Origin: Macrostomum lignano
Taxonomy: Eukaryota
DNA length: 64,000 bases
Direction of reading: 5' to 3'
NCBI GenBank assembly: GCA_002269645.1
Contig: NIVC01000506.1
Span: 186,001 to 250,000 of the forward strand
The position numbers and the translations under genes are program-made. The first letter of the stretch is position 1; each line of letters opens with the position of its first letter. Shown here piece after piece: positions 32,031 to 45,000 of this stretch. The notes beneath the pieces are model-generated. The model saw nothing but the letters and a program-made list of their open reading frames with translations, ran no database searches and had not been told where the DNA came from.

Positions 32031-32490
32031 CGCTGCTGGTGTTGCAGGTGACGGCGGGCGGGCTGGGAGCGGCCGCCGTTCCGATTAAATAGCCCGGCTC
32101 GAGCTCTCTCTGGTCCGAACCGGTCCTCTTCTCAAACGGCCCTTTGATTTGTCCAACTGACTGCTTTGTCACCGGGGTGTCGGGTTGGTCAATCAGCGCC
32201 TGTGTTTCAGCTGCTGAAATCCCTTTGTAGTCGACAAAAGTCAAAGGTCTCAAAAAAGAGTTCTTGTCAGCAGCCGGTTGCAAGAGGAAAATAACTGAAA
32301 AAACTTTCGCACCTTCAAATTTCAGCACCGGAAGGGCTCAAAGTCAAAGTCAAAAACAAAGAAGTTGTGCCTCTTTCTTAAGAGCTGTCTTGCATCGCGT
32401 CCTTTTCAATTTCTGTTTTGCAAAACCAGCTGGGACTCGTTTTAATTATCTGAGCGAGCTCTCCAGTTTTACTTGCTCAAATTATCTCAG

Positions 32491-32680
32491 ATGAGAATTG
32501 GCTCAATGGGGAACTTCTTGGATGAGAATTGACTTAATGGGGAATTTCTTGGATGAGAATTGGCTCAATAGGGAATTGCTCAGATTAGAATTGGCTCAAT
32601 GGGGAATTTCTTGGATGAGAATTGGCTCAATGGGGAATTGCTCAGAGGGGAATTGACTCAATATGAAATTGTTCAGATGA
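32491..32680. repeat. Degenerate ~32-bp repeat (GAGAATTGGCTCAATGGGGAA..)
   Basis: About 5 imperfect copies. Confidence 0.8.
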
Positions 32681-33169
32681 GAATTGGCACAGTTAGCTGC
32701 AAATTGAATCGCATGAATCCAGTTGGAACAATTGCAGTTAGACCAATATACACCGGTCCTGTTCTATCGAAAGAAAATTCGATAAGTTTAACGGCTTGCA
32801 AGCAGGACCTAGCTACCCCTAGCATGCTGGAGACAGTTGAAGGTTTAAGAGGCATTCTCAGTCGGGAAGCCGTAGTCTATGCTCCAATAAACAAATTTTT
32901 AAACAAAGAACTTTAACAAAGACACGATTTAATTAAATAGAAATATTAATTTGCTAAGACTTCGCGCTAGCATTAATGAAAGCGAATACTACACTTAGTA
33001 GTATTTTCATATGCAAATTTATTTCAATTATAACGAAGAAATAAGCTATTATAAAAAATTACTGCTATAGCCAGCATTGTAGGGCCATTCAGTCATGGAG
33101 TGCATCGAATTCGAACTGATTCCAGTAACAGACGGAACGAACTCCCTTAGAGAGCGAGCGTCCGACGGA

Positions 33170-33503
33170 TCACAGACCGGCCTTGTACATCAGGATGGCG
33201 TAGGGGCCGTACTGGTAGTAGCCGAAGGTGCCCTTCTCGTGCGTCACGTGACTGCGGGATGATCATGGGGGAGGGGTGTCAGGACTCACCGAGCACAGCG
33301 GGAACAGCCAGACTCAGCCGGACTCACCTAGCAAAGTTGCGGCCGACCGTCACCTGCCAGGTGGGGCTGAGCTGGGCGTCCAGCTTCTTCTTCAAGTTGC
33401 TGGCGATGCTGTCGTCGTCCTTGGACTCGGAGCAGATCTCGTTGACGATTTCCACCACGGCCTGGCGGAGCTCGTCGCTCATGTCGCCCTTCTGCCAAGA
33501 CAT
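33170..33503 (-). CDS. Dynein light chain LC8-family protein, divergent, 85 aa, 2 exons (33503-33328, 33251-33170)
   Basis: MSWQKGDMSDELRQ...IASNLKKKLDAQLSPTWQVTVGRNFASHVTHEKGTFGYYQYGPYAILMYKAGL matches the LC8 pattern (DM..E, IA..+KK..D...PTW..+VGRNF.S.VTHE, AIL++K.G). 76-nt GT-AG intron. Confidence 0.9.
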
Positions 33504-33595
33504 TCTGCAGGCTGTTGGAGTTGGCTGAGCTGGAGATGGCTGGTTGGGTGCTGCGGTGGCTGCGGCCAGGGGGCGCGGAGGCCGCAGGGCAGTCC

Positions 33596-33602
33596 ATTTA
33601 TA
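33596..33602 (-). promoter_or_regulatory. Putative TATA box (TATAAAT) of the dynein light chain gene
   Basis: About 95 nt upstream of the ATG in otherwise GC-rich sequence. Confidence 0.5.
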
Positions 33603-34439
33603 GCCAGCGGCTGCCCCAGAGTTTCCAGTCTCTGCGCTCCATCTTTGGGTGCGGAGCGGGCCGGTCAGCTTTAGCTGCAGCCAAGCCCGCCTGGAGCAGC
33701 CAATCAGAGCGGGCGGCTGCAGCTCGGAGATGAAGCTAAGAACCCTGCCCGCGGGTGGCGGTCGCTCTATTGTCAGAGTTGTGCGAGCTGGTGGGCAAAC
33801 AGACCGCTATAGCCACGCTAGCCTGACTCACTCGACTCATTCCTAGGACAATTTACATGCAGAGCAGCCCCATTGTCAATGAGAGCGCAGTGTGCACGGC
33901 CTCGCGAGGGGCTTGAAGAGGCGCAGCAGTGAATGTTGCACAAATAAACTTCTTTTGATGGTTGTTTGCAGTCTCGGGAAGGCAGGGGCAGGCGCTAGGG
34001 AAAGAAGGTACGCAGAGTTCGGAATAAGCAACTGGAATTCAAACACAGAGCATGCGCAGGGGCAGAGCAAAGTTAGTTACGGACAAAGGTAAGATTTGTC
34101 AGGAATTGATAATTGAGAAAGGAACGAAAATATGCGGTCTGGCCTGAAATCAAACACGCACGCGAGCTCAGTTCTTGCATGCAAATAAATGCTAAACTCT
34201 GCCCAGCTTTGCATGACTCCAGAGGCGCCGTGACGGAAAAGTAGAAAATTTTGCTTTAAAAATAATGACACAAGCTCGCGACAGCTCAACGGGCTTCCCA
34301 TCGGAGCGTCAGTCAGCTTTGACGCGATTCGAAAGCAATGTGCTCACAGATGTGCTCACAGAATAGACTGTGCTGGATAGGACTGGGAGATGCTTGCCGA
34401 GGCGCGTGCTCTCATAGATGGATTCTCATGGAGCGGTTG

Positions 34440-37400
34440 CTTCTCATAGATTCTTATGTGTAATAATGGGTTCTCATAGATAGATTCTTATGTGTAGTAA
34501 TGGGTTCTCATAGATTATCATGTGTAGTAATGGGTTCTCATAGATAGATTCTTATGTGTAGTAATGGGTTCTCATAGATTCTTATGTGTAGAAATGGGTT
34601 CTCATAGATAGATTCTTATGTGTAGAAATGGGTTCTCATAGATAGATTCTTATGTGTAGTAATGGGTTTTCATAGATAGATTCTTATGTGTAGAAATGGG
34701 TTCTCATAGATAGATTCTTATGTGTAGTAATGGGTTCTCATAGATAGATTCTTATGTGTAGTAATGGGTTCTCATAGATTATCATGTGTAGAAATGGGTT
34801 CTCATAGATAGATTCTTATGTGTAGTAATGGGTTCTCATAGATTCTTATGTGTAGAAATGGGTTCTCATAGATAGATTCTTATGTGTAGTAATGGGTTCT
34901 CATAGATTATCATGTGTAGTAATGGGTTCTCATAGATAGATTCTTATGTGTAGAAATGGGTTCTCATAGATAGATTCTTATGTGTAGAAATGGGTTCTCA
35001 TAGATAGATTCTTATGTGTAATAATGGGTTCTCATAGATAGATTCTTATGTGTAGAAATGGGTTCTCATAGATAGATTCTTATGTGTAGTAATGGGTTCT
35101 CATAGATAGATTCTTATGTGTAGAAATGGGTTCTCATAGATAGATTCTTATGTGTAGAAATGGGTTCTCATAGATAGATTCTTATGTGTAATAATGGGTT
35201 CTCATGGATAGATTCTTATGTGTAGAAATGGGTTCTCATAGATAGATTCTTATGTGTAGTAATGGGTTCTCATAGATAGATTCTTATGTGTAGAAATGGG
35301 TTCTCATAGATAGATTCTTATGTGTAGAAATGGGTTCTTATAGATAGATTCTTATGTGTAGTAATGGGTTCTCATAGATAGATTCTTATGTGTAGTAATG
35401 GGTTCTCATAGATTATCATGTGTAGTAATGGGTTCTCATAGATAGATTCTTATGTGTAGTAATGGGTTCTCATAGATTCTTATGTGTAGTAATGGGTTCT
35501 CATAGATAGATTCTTATGTGTAGTAATGGGTTCTCATAGATAGATTCTTATGTGTAGTAATGGGTTCTCATAGATTCTTATGTGTAGTAATGGGTTCTCA
35601 TAGATAGATTCTTATGTGTAGTAATGGGTTCTCATAGATTCTTATGTGTAGAAATGGGTTCTCATAGATAGATTCTTATGTGTAGTAATGGGTTCTCATA
35701 GATAGATTCTTATGTGTAGAAATGGGTTCTCATAGATAGATTCTTATGTGTAGTAATGGGTTCTCATAGATTATCATGTGTAGTAATGGGTTCTCATAGA
35801 TAGATTCTTATGTGTAGTAATGGGTTCTCATAGATTCTTATGTGTAGTAATGGGTTCTCATAGATAGATTCTTATGTGTAGTAATGGGTTCTCATAGATT
35901 CTTATGTGTAGTAATGGGTTCTCATAGATAGATTCTTATGTGTAGAAATGGGTTCTCATAGATAGATTCTTATGTGTAGAAATGGGTTCTCATAGATAGA
36001 TTCTTATGTGTAGAAATGGGTTCTCATAGATAGATTCTTATGTGTAGAAATGGGTTCTCATAGATAGATTCTCATGTGTAGTAATGGGTTCTCATAGATG
36101 ATCATGTGTAGTAATGGGTTTTCATAGATTATCATGTGTAGTAATGGGTTTTCATAGATTATCATGTGTAGTAATGGGTTCTCATAGATAGATTCTTATG
36201 TGTAGTAATGGGTTCTCATAGATTCTTATGTGTAGTAATGGGTTCTCATAGATAGATTCTTATGTGTAGTAATGGGTTCTCATAGATAGATTCTTATGTG
36301 TAAAAATGGGTTCTCATAGATAGATTCTTATGTGTAGTAATGGGTTTTCATAGATTATCATGTGTAGTAATGGGTTCTCATAGATAGATTCTTATGTGTA
36401 GTAATGGGTTCTCATAGATTCTTATGTGTAGTAATGGGTTCTCATAGATAGATTCTTATGTGTAGAAATGGGTTCTCATAGATAGATTCTTATGTGTAGA
36501 AATGGGTTCTCATAGATAGATTCTTATGTGTAGAAATGGGTTCTCATAGATAGATTCTCATGTGTAGTAATGGGTTCTCATAGATGATCATGTGTAGTAA
36601 TGGGTTCTCATAGATAGATTCTCATGTGTAGTAATGGGTTCTCATAGATTCTTATGTGTAGTAATGGGTTCTCATAGATAGATTCTTATGTGTAGTAATG
36701 GGTTCTCATAGATTCTTATGTGTAGTAATGGGTTCTCATAGATTCTTATGTGTAGTAATGGGTTCTCATAGATTCTTATGTGTAGAAATGGGTTCTCATA
36801 GATAGATTCTTATGTGTAGAAATGGGTTCTCATAGATTATCATGTGTAGTAATGGGTTCTCATAGATAGATTCTTATGTGTAGTAATGGGTTCTCATAGA
36901 TTCTTATGTGTAGTAATGGGTTCTCATAGATAGATTCTTATGTGTAGTAATGGGTTCTCATAGATTATCATGTGTAGTAATGGGTTCTCATAGATAGATT
37001 CTTATGTGTAGTAATGGGTTCTCATAGATTCTTATGTGTAGTAATGGGTTCTCATAGATAGATTCTTATGTGTAGAAATGGGTTCTCATAGATAGATTCT
37101 TATGTGTAGAAATGGGTTCTCATAGATAGATTCTTATGTGTAGAAATGGGTTCTCATAGATAGATTCTTATGTGTAGAAATGGGTTCTTATAGATAGATT
37201 CTTATGTGTAGAAATGGGTTCTCATAGATAAATTCTTATGTGTAGAAATGGGTTCTCATAGATAGATTCTTATGTGTAGAAATGGGTTCTCATAGATAGA
37301 TTCTTATGTGTAGAAATGGGTTCTCATAGATAGATTCTCATGTGTAGTAATGGGTTCTCATAGATGATCATGTGTAGTAATGGGTTCTCATAGATAGATT

Positions 37401-39035
37401 CTCATGTGTAGTAATGGGTTCTCATAGATTCTTATGTGTAGTAATGGGTTCTCATAGATAGATTCTTATGTGTAGTAATGGGTTCTCATAGATTCTTATG
37501 TGTAGTAATGGGTTCTCATAGATTCTTATGTGTAGTAATGGGTTCTCATAGATTCTTATGTGTAGAAATGGGTTCTCATAGATAGATTCTTATGTGTAGA
37601 AATGGGTTCTCATAGATAGATTCTTATGTGTAGTAATGGGTTCTCATAGATTATCATGTGTAGTAATGGGTTCTCATAGATAGATTCTTATGTGTAGTAA
37701 TGGGTTCTCATAGATTCTTATGTGTAGTAATGGGTTCTCATAGATAGATTCTTATGTGTAGAAATGGGTTCTCATAGATAGATTCTTATGTGTAGAAATG
37801 GGTTCTCATAGATAGATTCTTATGTGTAGTAATGGGTTCTCATAGATAGATTCTTATGTGTAGAAATGGGTTCTCATAGATAGATTCTTATGTGTAGAAA
37901 TGGGTTCTCATAGATAGATTCTTATGTGTAGTAATGGGTTTTCATAGATAGATTCTTATGTGTAGTAATGGGTTCTCATAGATTATCATGTGTAGTAATG
38001 GGTTCTCATAGATAGATTCTTATGTGTAGTAATGGGTTCTCATAGATTCTTATGTGTAGTAATGGGTTCTCATAGATAGATTCTTATGTGTAGAAATGGG
38101 TTCTCATAGATAGATTCTTATGTGTAGAAATGGGTTCTCATAGATAGATTCTTATGTGTAGTAATGGGTTCTCATAGATTATCATGTGTAGTAATGGGTT
38201 CTCATAGATAGATTCTTATGTGTAGTAATGGGTTCTCATAGATTCTTATGTGTAGTAATGGGTTCTCATAGATAGATTCTTATGTGTAGAAATGGGTTCT
38301 CATAGATAGATTCTTATGTGTAGAAATGGGTTCTCATAGATAGATTCTTATGTGTAGTAATGGGTTCTCATAGATTCTTATGTGTAGAAATGGGTTCTCA
38401 TAGATAGATTCTTATGTGTAGAAATGGGTTCTCATAGATAGATTCTTATGTGTAGAAATGGGTTCTCATAGATAGATTCTTATGTGTAGAAATGGGTTCT
38501 CATAGATAGATTCTTATGTGTAGTAATGGGTTCTTATAGATAGATTCTTATGTGTAGAAATGGGTTCTCATAGATAGATTCTTATGTGTAGAAATGGGTT
38601 CTCATAGATAGATTTTTATGTGTAGAAATGGGTTCTCATAGATAGATTCTTATGTGTAGAAATGGGTTCTCATAGATAGATTCTTATGTGTAGTAATGGG
38701 TTCTCATAGATAGATTCTTATGTGTAGAAATGGGTTCTCATAGATAGATTCTTATGTGTAGTAATGGGTTCTCATAGATTATCATGTGTAGTAATGGGTT
38801 CTCATAGATAGATTCTTATGTGTAGAAATGGGTTCTCATAGATAGATTCTTATGTGTAGTAATGGGTTCTCATAGATTATCATGTGTAGTAATGGGTTCT
38901 CATAGATAGATTCTCATGTGTAGTAATGGGTTCTCATAGATTCTTATGTGTAGTAATGGGTTCTCATAGATAGATTCTTATGTGTAGTAATGGGTTCTCA
39001 TAGATAGATTCTCATGTGTAGTAATGGGTTCTCAT
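34440..39035. repeat. 4.6-kb satellite of 34-bp (AATGGGTTCTCATAGATAGATTCTTATGTGTAG[T/A]) and 30-bp variant units
   Basis: Direct reading. Variants differ by one TAGA, TAGT/TAGA and TCTT/TATC. Confidence 0.98.
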
Positions 39036-39320
39036 AGGACATTCCTTTGAAACTAAGAAAGTTTTAAATAGTATTGGCGAGTTTTCTTTATCTTTTTAAT
39101 GATTTCAGAAATCGACCTTATGCTACTACTTGAAGCAGCAGGAAGCGGAAAATGAGCAAAGCACAAAAGCTACAAAGACATTTTCTTCCAACAGTGAATT
39201 CACACTGGAATTCACTCGGCCCAATCTCAGAGACCTGCTTTTGCCAAATTTATTCTCAATCAGCATGCAGTCAACTCAGAGAGTCAAACAGAGAGCTGAG
39301 AGTCAGCTCAGTCAGACATG

Positions 39321-39893
39321 TCAATCATCGCTGGCTAGCACTGTGGATTTCTCGCTAACATAGACGCCGTCCAAGAATTTTCGGATGTCCTTGTTCTTCA
39401 CACAGCAGCACTGCTGGATCAGAGCGGCCGAGTGGCTGACCGCCTCGATGTCGTTGCCATCGAGCTGGATCTCGTCCTTCACGCCAGTCTGGGAGACGGT
39501 CACCCCGCGCAGCATGTTCACCGTCCGGTTGTTCTTCTCGCCGAGGAAGTTGCGAATCTCGATGGAGTCGCCGGCCTTGCTGATGACCATGTTGATGGGG
39601 AAGTGGGCGTACACGGACTTCATCTTGTAGCGGAAGCCGTACGTGACGCCCTTGATCATGTTGCGCACGTGGGTGATGACGGTGCGCACCGCGGCCAGCT
39701 CCTTGTGCACGCCGAACCACTTCTCCACCGTGAGGGTGCGGCCGTTGGGGGACACCTTGATGTCCAGGGACAGGTGACGGAACGAGCGCGACAGGGCGCC
39801 GCGCTTGCCTTTGACGCGGAGGACGCGGGAGCGGCTCTCCACGGTGACTCCCTCGGGGATCTTCATGCTGAGCGAGGACTTGATCACCTTCAT
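39321..39893 (-). CDS. RPL9: 60S ribosomal protein L9 (uL6), 190 aa, uninterrupted CDS
   Basis: [83 protein letters not shown] at 39254-39249 downstream of the stop. Confidence 0.98.
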   Translation of the reverse strand: MKVIKSSLSMKIPEGVTVESRSRVLRVKGKRGALSRSFRHLSLDIKVSPNGRTLTVEKWFGVHKELAAVRTVITHVRNMIKGVTYGFRYKMKSVYAHFPINMVISKAGDSIEIRNFLGEKNNRTVNMLRGVTVSQTGVKDEIQLDGNDIEAVSHSAALIQQCCCVKNKDIRKFLDGVYVSEKSTVLASDD

Positions 39894-39960
39894 GGCGCGG
39901 AGGGTTGCCGGGCAAGCTGCAATTGTTGTCGGGGTTCGGCAGCTGCTTGGCGAGTTGAAT

Positions 39961-40671
39961 CTGAGAAACCGGAACCAATTTCCTAGAGATAAGCATCTAA
40001 TTGTTTAGAAAAATAATTGCTTCTACTTTGGAGTAAAATGAATTCTTATTTTCATTTTTGAATTTTCATTTTTCATTTGTGCAGTGTACATTGGGGGATA
40101 GGTGGGGTTGGGCAGTGTACATTATGGGATGGGTGGGGTTGGGCAGTGTACATTGGGGGATGGGTGGGGTTGGGCAGTGTACATTGGGGGATGGGTGGGG
40201 TTGGGCAGTGTACATTGTGGATGGGTGGGGTTGGGCAGTGTACATTATGGGATGGGTGGGGTTGGGCAGTGTACATTGGGGGATGGGTGGGGTTGGGCAG
40301 TGTACATTATGGGATGGGTGGGGTTGGGAAGTGTACATTGGGATGCGTGGGGTGGGGCAGTGTACATTGTGGATGAGTGGGGTTGGGCAGTGTACATTGG
40401 GGGATGGGTGGGGTTGGGCAGTGTACATTGGGGGATGGGTGGGGTTGGGCAGTGTACATTGGGGGATGGGTGGGGTTGGGCAGTGTACATTATGGGATGG
40501 GTGGGGTTGGGAAGTGTACATTGGGGGATGGGTGGGGTTGGGCAGTGTACATTGTGGATGGGTGGGGTTGGCACATTGTACATTGTACATATATCAGAGC
40601 ACGAATTCGATAAGAAATTGACCTCCGTTTCCTAGAAAAGGTCACCTGATAAATTGGTTAAAAGCAGAGAG
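39961..40671 (-). other. Putative RPL9 5'TOP leader exon (40671-40646) and 5'UTR intron (40645-39961)
   Basis: Minus strand CTCTCTGCTTTT...TATCAG|GTGACC ... TTTCTCAG|ATTC. The proposed intron contains a minisatellite like the other introns here. Confidence 0.45.
40078..40575. repeat. G-rich ~31-bp minisatellite (GGATGGGTGGGGTTGGGCAGTGTACATT..)n
   Basis: Direct reading. Confidence 0.95.
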
Positions 40672-41486
40672 CGATCGCTTAGTCAATGCTCATTAGATTT
40701 CTTAGAAACAGACTAATATTCAATAAATACACATAGAATTTTATATAAAAGGACCTAATCTTCCTAGAAATGTGCATAAGACCTGTTAGAAACAGACAAC
40801 CAGTTCCAAGATCTCATTAAGAGTTGCATTTAAATCTCGTGAACTATTCATTATGAGAAAACGAGCCCTAGTTTCAAAATAAAATACCTGCGACGTAATC
40901 GATGTGCAACCGAAAAAAAAACACAAACAAACGCAGCATCAGGATGGAGCTGCGCAGTTACAATCTGCATTTATTTGAGCATAACACGCAAAAATCATTA
41001 TCTAATAAACTTGAAATCCAAGCTGCAGACTGAATTGGCCGCGTGATCGGCGCCCAATGCACTCATGCGCTGAATAAATTCTGCATTAAATATACACTGC
41101 GCCAAGGACCACCGGCACTGCGCACTGGACTGAAACGCCATCCAGACAAGAACAGTTTTAGAAGTCCCTGACTGCCCTGTGATAAATATTATTAATATAC
41201 TCCAGCATATACAGTAAGATAAACATAATAAATATAAAATGAACAATTTAGCTATTCATAATCTCCACTAACCGCATGATAAGCTCGCTCCCTATACAAA
41301 GTCGCACACACAGAAGCGACGAGCACGCAGTGTTGAGCATTGCAGTTGCTAATTATAATATTATAATGAAGTTAAGGTCTCCTCTTACCACTGGGGAGCT
41401 CATAAAGTAGCAGAACCATATTTATATAAAGCTTTCCCTACAAAAATTATACCAGCACTTTCAGTATGCCGATAGAAAAGGCTCAG

Positions 41487-41920
41487 GCAGAGTGTACATT
41501 GTGGGATGGGTGGGGTTGGGCAGTGTACATTAGAGATGGGTTGGGCTTGGCAGTGATCATTGTGGGTGGGTGGGGTTGGGCAGTGTACATTGGAGATGGG
41601 TTGGGCTTGGCAGTGTTCATTGTGGGTGGGTGGGGTTGGGCAGTGTACATTGGAGATGGGTTGGGCTTGGCAGTGTACATTGTGGGATGGGTGGGGTTGG
41701 GCAGTATACGTTGTGGATGGGTGGGGTTGGGCAGTGTACATTGTGGATGGGTGGGGTTGGGCAGTGTACATTGTGGATGGGTGGGGTTGGGCAGTGAATA
41801 TTGTAGGTGGGTTGGGTTTGGCAGTGTACATTGGAGATGGGTTGGGCTTGGCAGTGTACATTGGAGATGGGTTGGACTGGGCAGTGTACATTGGAGATGG
41901 GTTGGACTGGGCAGTGTACA
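41487..41920. repeat. Second array of the same GGGTTGGGCAGTGTACATT family
   Basis: Same core and orientation as 40078-40575. Confidence 0.93.
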
Positions 41921-42059
41921 TAGATAGCGCATTCACTACAGGTAGGTATCTAGTTTGTTACACAAAACTGAGTTGCACTTCAAGGATAGAAATCTCGCTT
42001 TCAGAAAAATAAAGCAAAATCTGCTCTTCGGCCATTAGGAACTGTACACGGGAATCCCA

Positions 42060-45000
42060 TCACAGCGGTGCGGGCAGCAGACAGTGGCGCAGCAGCAGGC
42101 AGGCCAGCAGGCTAGCGCTGTCGGTACCGCCGCCGACTGTCATCGGGGAGGCGCCGCCGCTGAGCCAGACGCAGCCGGATTCGGCGAAGGCGCGGGCAGC
42201 GTGGCGCAGAAGGAGCCGCGTCAAGCTGGGCTGGAGGCGCCGGCCGTTCAGGCTGATGCTGAGCATGCCGGGGTAGCGGGCGCTCGCCTCCACCTGCCAG
42301 GTTGGAAAGACAAGAAAATTCGATTGAAGCAAAACAGCAAATACAGGGGTTTCCCTAGTTGGGATAGGGGATTTCCCTAGTTGGGATAGGGGGTTTCCCT
42401 TGTTGGAATAGGGGGTTTCCCTAGTTGGGATAGGGGGTTTCCCTAGTTGGGATAGGGGGTTTCCCTAGTTGGGATAGGGGGTTTCCCTAGTTGGGATAGG
42501 GGGTTTCCCTAGTTGGGATAGGGGGTTTCCCTAGTTGGAATAGGGGATTTCCATAGTTGAGATAGGGGATTTCCATAGTTGAGATAGGGGACTTCCATAG
42601 CTGAGATAGGGGGTTTCCCTAGTTAGGATAGGGGGTTCCCTAGTTGAGATAGGGGGTTTCCATAGTCGAGATACGGGGTTTCCCTAGTTGGGATAGGGGA
42701 TTTCTATAGTTGGGATGGGGGATTTCCATAGTTGAGATAGGAGATTTCCATAGTTAGGATAAAGGATTTCCATAGTTGGGATGGGGGATTTCCATAGTTA
42801 GGATAAAGGATTTCCATAGTTGAGATAGGAGATTTCCATAGTAAGGATAAAGGATTTCCATAGTTGGGATAGGAGATTTCCATAGTTGGGATAAGGGATT
42901 TCCATAGTTGGGATAGGAGATTTCCATAGTTGGGATAAGGGATTTCCATAGTTGGGATAGGAGATTTCCATAGTTGGGATAAGGGATTTCCATAGTTGGG
43001 ATAGGAGATTTCCATAGTTGGGATAGGGGGTTTCCCTAGTTGGAATAGGGAGTTTCCCTAGTTGGGATAGGGGATTTCCATAGTTGAGATAGGGGATTTC
43101 CAAAGTTGAGATAGGGGATTTCCATAGTCGAGATAGGAGGTTTCCATAGTCGAGATAGGGGATTTCCATAGTTGAGATAGGGGATTTCCATGGTTGAGAT
43201 AGGAGATTTCCATAGTTGTGATAGGAGATTTCCATAGTAGAGATAGGGGATTTCCATAGTTGAGATAGGGGATTTCCATAGTCGAGATAGGGGGTTTCCC
43301 TAGTTGGGATAGGGGGTTTCCCTAGTTGGGATAGGGGATTTCTATAGTTGGGATGGGGGATTTCCATAGTTGAGATAGGAGATTTCCATAGTTGGGATAG
43401 GAGATTTCCATAGTTGGGATAGGAGATTTCCATAGTCGAGATAGGGGGTTTCCATAGTCGAGATAGGGGATTTCCATAGTTGAGATAGGGGGTTTCCATA
43501 GTCGAGATACGGGGTTTCCCTAGTTGGGATAGGGGATTTCTATAGTTGGGATGGGGGATTTCCATAGTTGAGATAGGAGATTTCTATAGTTAGGATAAGG
43601 GATTTCCATAGTTGGGATAGGGAATTTCCATAGTTGAGATAGGAGATTTCCATAGTTGGGATAGGAGATTTCCATAGTTGGGATAGGAGATTTCCATAGT
43701 CGAGATAGGGGGTTTCCATAGTCGAGATAGGGGATTTCCATAGTTGAGATAGGGGGTTTCCATAGTCGAGATACGGGGTTTCCCTAGTTGGGATAGGGGA
43801 TTTCTATAGTTGGGATGGGGGATTTCCATAGTTGAGATAGGAGATTTCTATAGTTAGGATAAGGGATTTCCATAGTTGGGATAGGAGATTTCCATAGTTG
43901 GGATAGGAGATTTCCATAGTTGGGATAGGGGATTTCCATAGTCGAGATAGGAGATTTCCATAGTTGAGATAGGGGGTTTCCATAGTCGAGATAGGGGATT
44001 TCCATAGTCGAGATAGGAGATTTCCATAGTTGAGATAGGGGGTTTCCATAATCGAGATAGGGGGTTTCTATAGTTGGGATGGGGGATTTCCATAGTTGAG
44101 ATAGGGGGTTTCCCTAGTTGGGATAGGGGGTTTCTATAGTTGGGATGGGGGATTTCCATAGTTGAGATAGGAGATTTCCATAGTTGGGATAGGAGATTTC
44201 CATAGTTGGGATAAGGGATTTCCATAGTTATTAGTTGGGATAGGGGATTTCCAAAGTATAGGGGGATTTCCATAGGATAGAGGGATTTCAATAGGATAGA
44301 GGGATTTCCATAGGATAGGGGATTTCCATAGAATAGGGGGATTTCCATAGGATAAGGGATTTCCATAGGATAGGGGATTTCCATAGTTTAGAAGGTGATT
44401 TCCATAGTTGGGATAGGGGATTTCCATAGTTATTAGTTGGGATAGGGGATTTCCATAGGATAGGGGGATTTCCATAGTTGGGTTGGTGTTGGATAGAATT
44501 CTTGTTTTTATTGTCGAATAGGGAGGGGACTTATTAGAAGAGTTTTAATTGCCACGGGGATTTATATTATCCCACCTGCAGCAGCTGCACCGACCGCATG
44601 CCACCGCCGCGCAGTCGAACAACGACAGGTGCCGAGCTGCGAGCCACCACCGTCAGGGAGCGTCGGGAGGCCGCCGCGGCGGCTGCGGCAGTCGAAGCGG
44701 CCACAGCGGCCGGGTCGGGCCGGCGCCGCCGATACCGCTGGATGCCACGGCTTTGGATTGCTGGGTAGCCGGGCAGCAGCCGGGGCAGCTGGTAGAGACC
44801 GGCCTGCAATGGCGGCAAATTAAAGTGGCGATGGCGTTGCTATGAACTTGTGCAAATTGACGGTTGACCAGGGAGTGATGATTCAGGGAGTGCAGAGTCA
44901 GGAAGTGATGATTTAGGGAGTGCAGAGTCAGGGAGTGCAGAGTCAGGGGGTGCAGAGTCAGGGGGTGCAGAGTCAGGGAGTGCAGAGTCAGGGAGTGCAG

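Noticed and set aside
39355-39996. 213-aa and 184-aa ORFs overlapping RPL9
   Set aside because: Shadow frames caused by high GC3 in the real CDS.
40998-41246. P-loop-like ITGQSGTSKT peptide
   Set aside because: The invariant Gly of GxxxxGK[ST] is Ser, there is no Walker B or continuing exons, and the N-terminal part is low-complexity AT-rich sequence.
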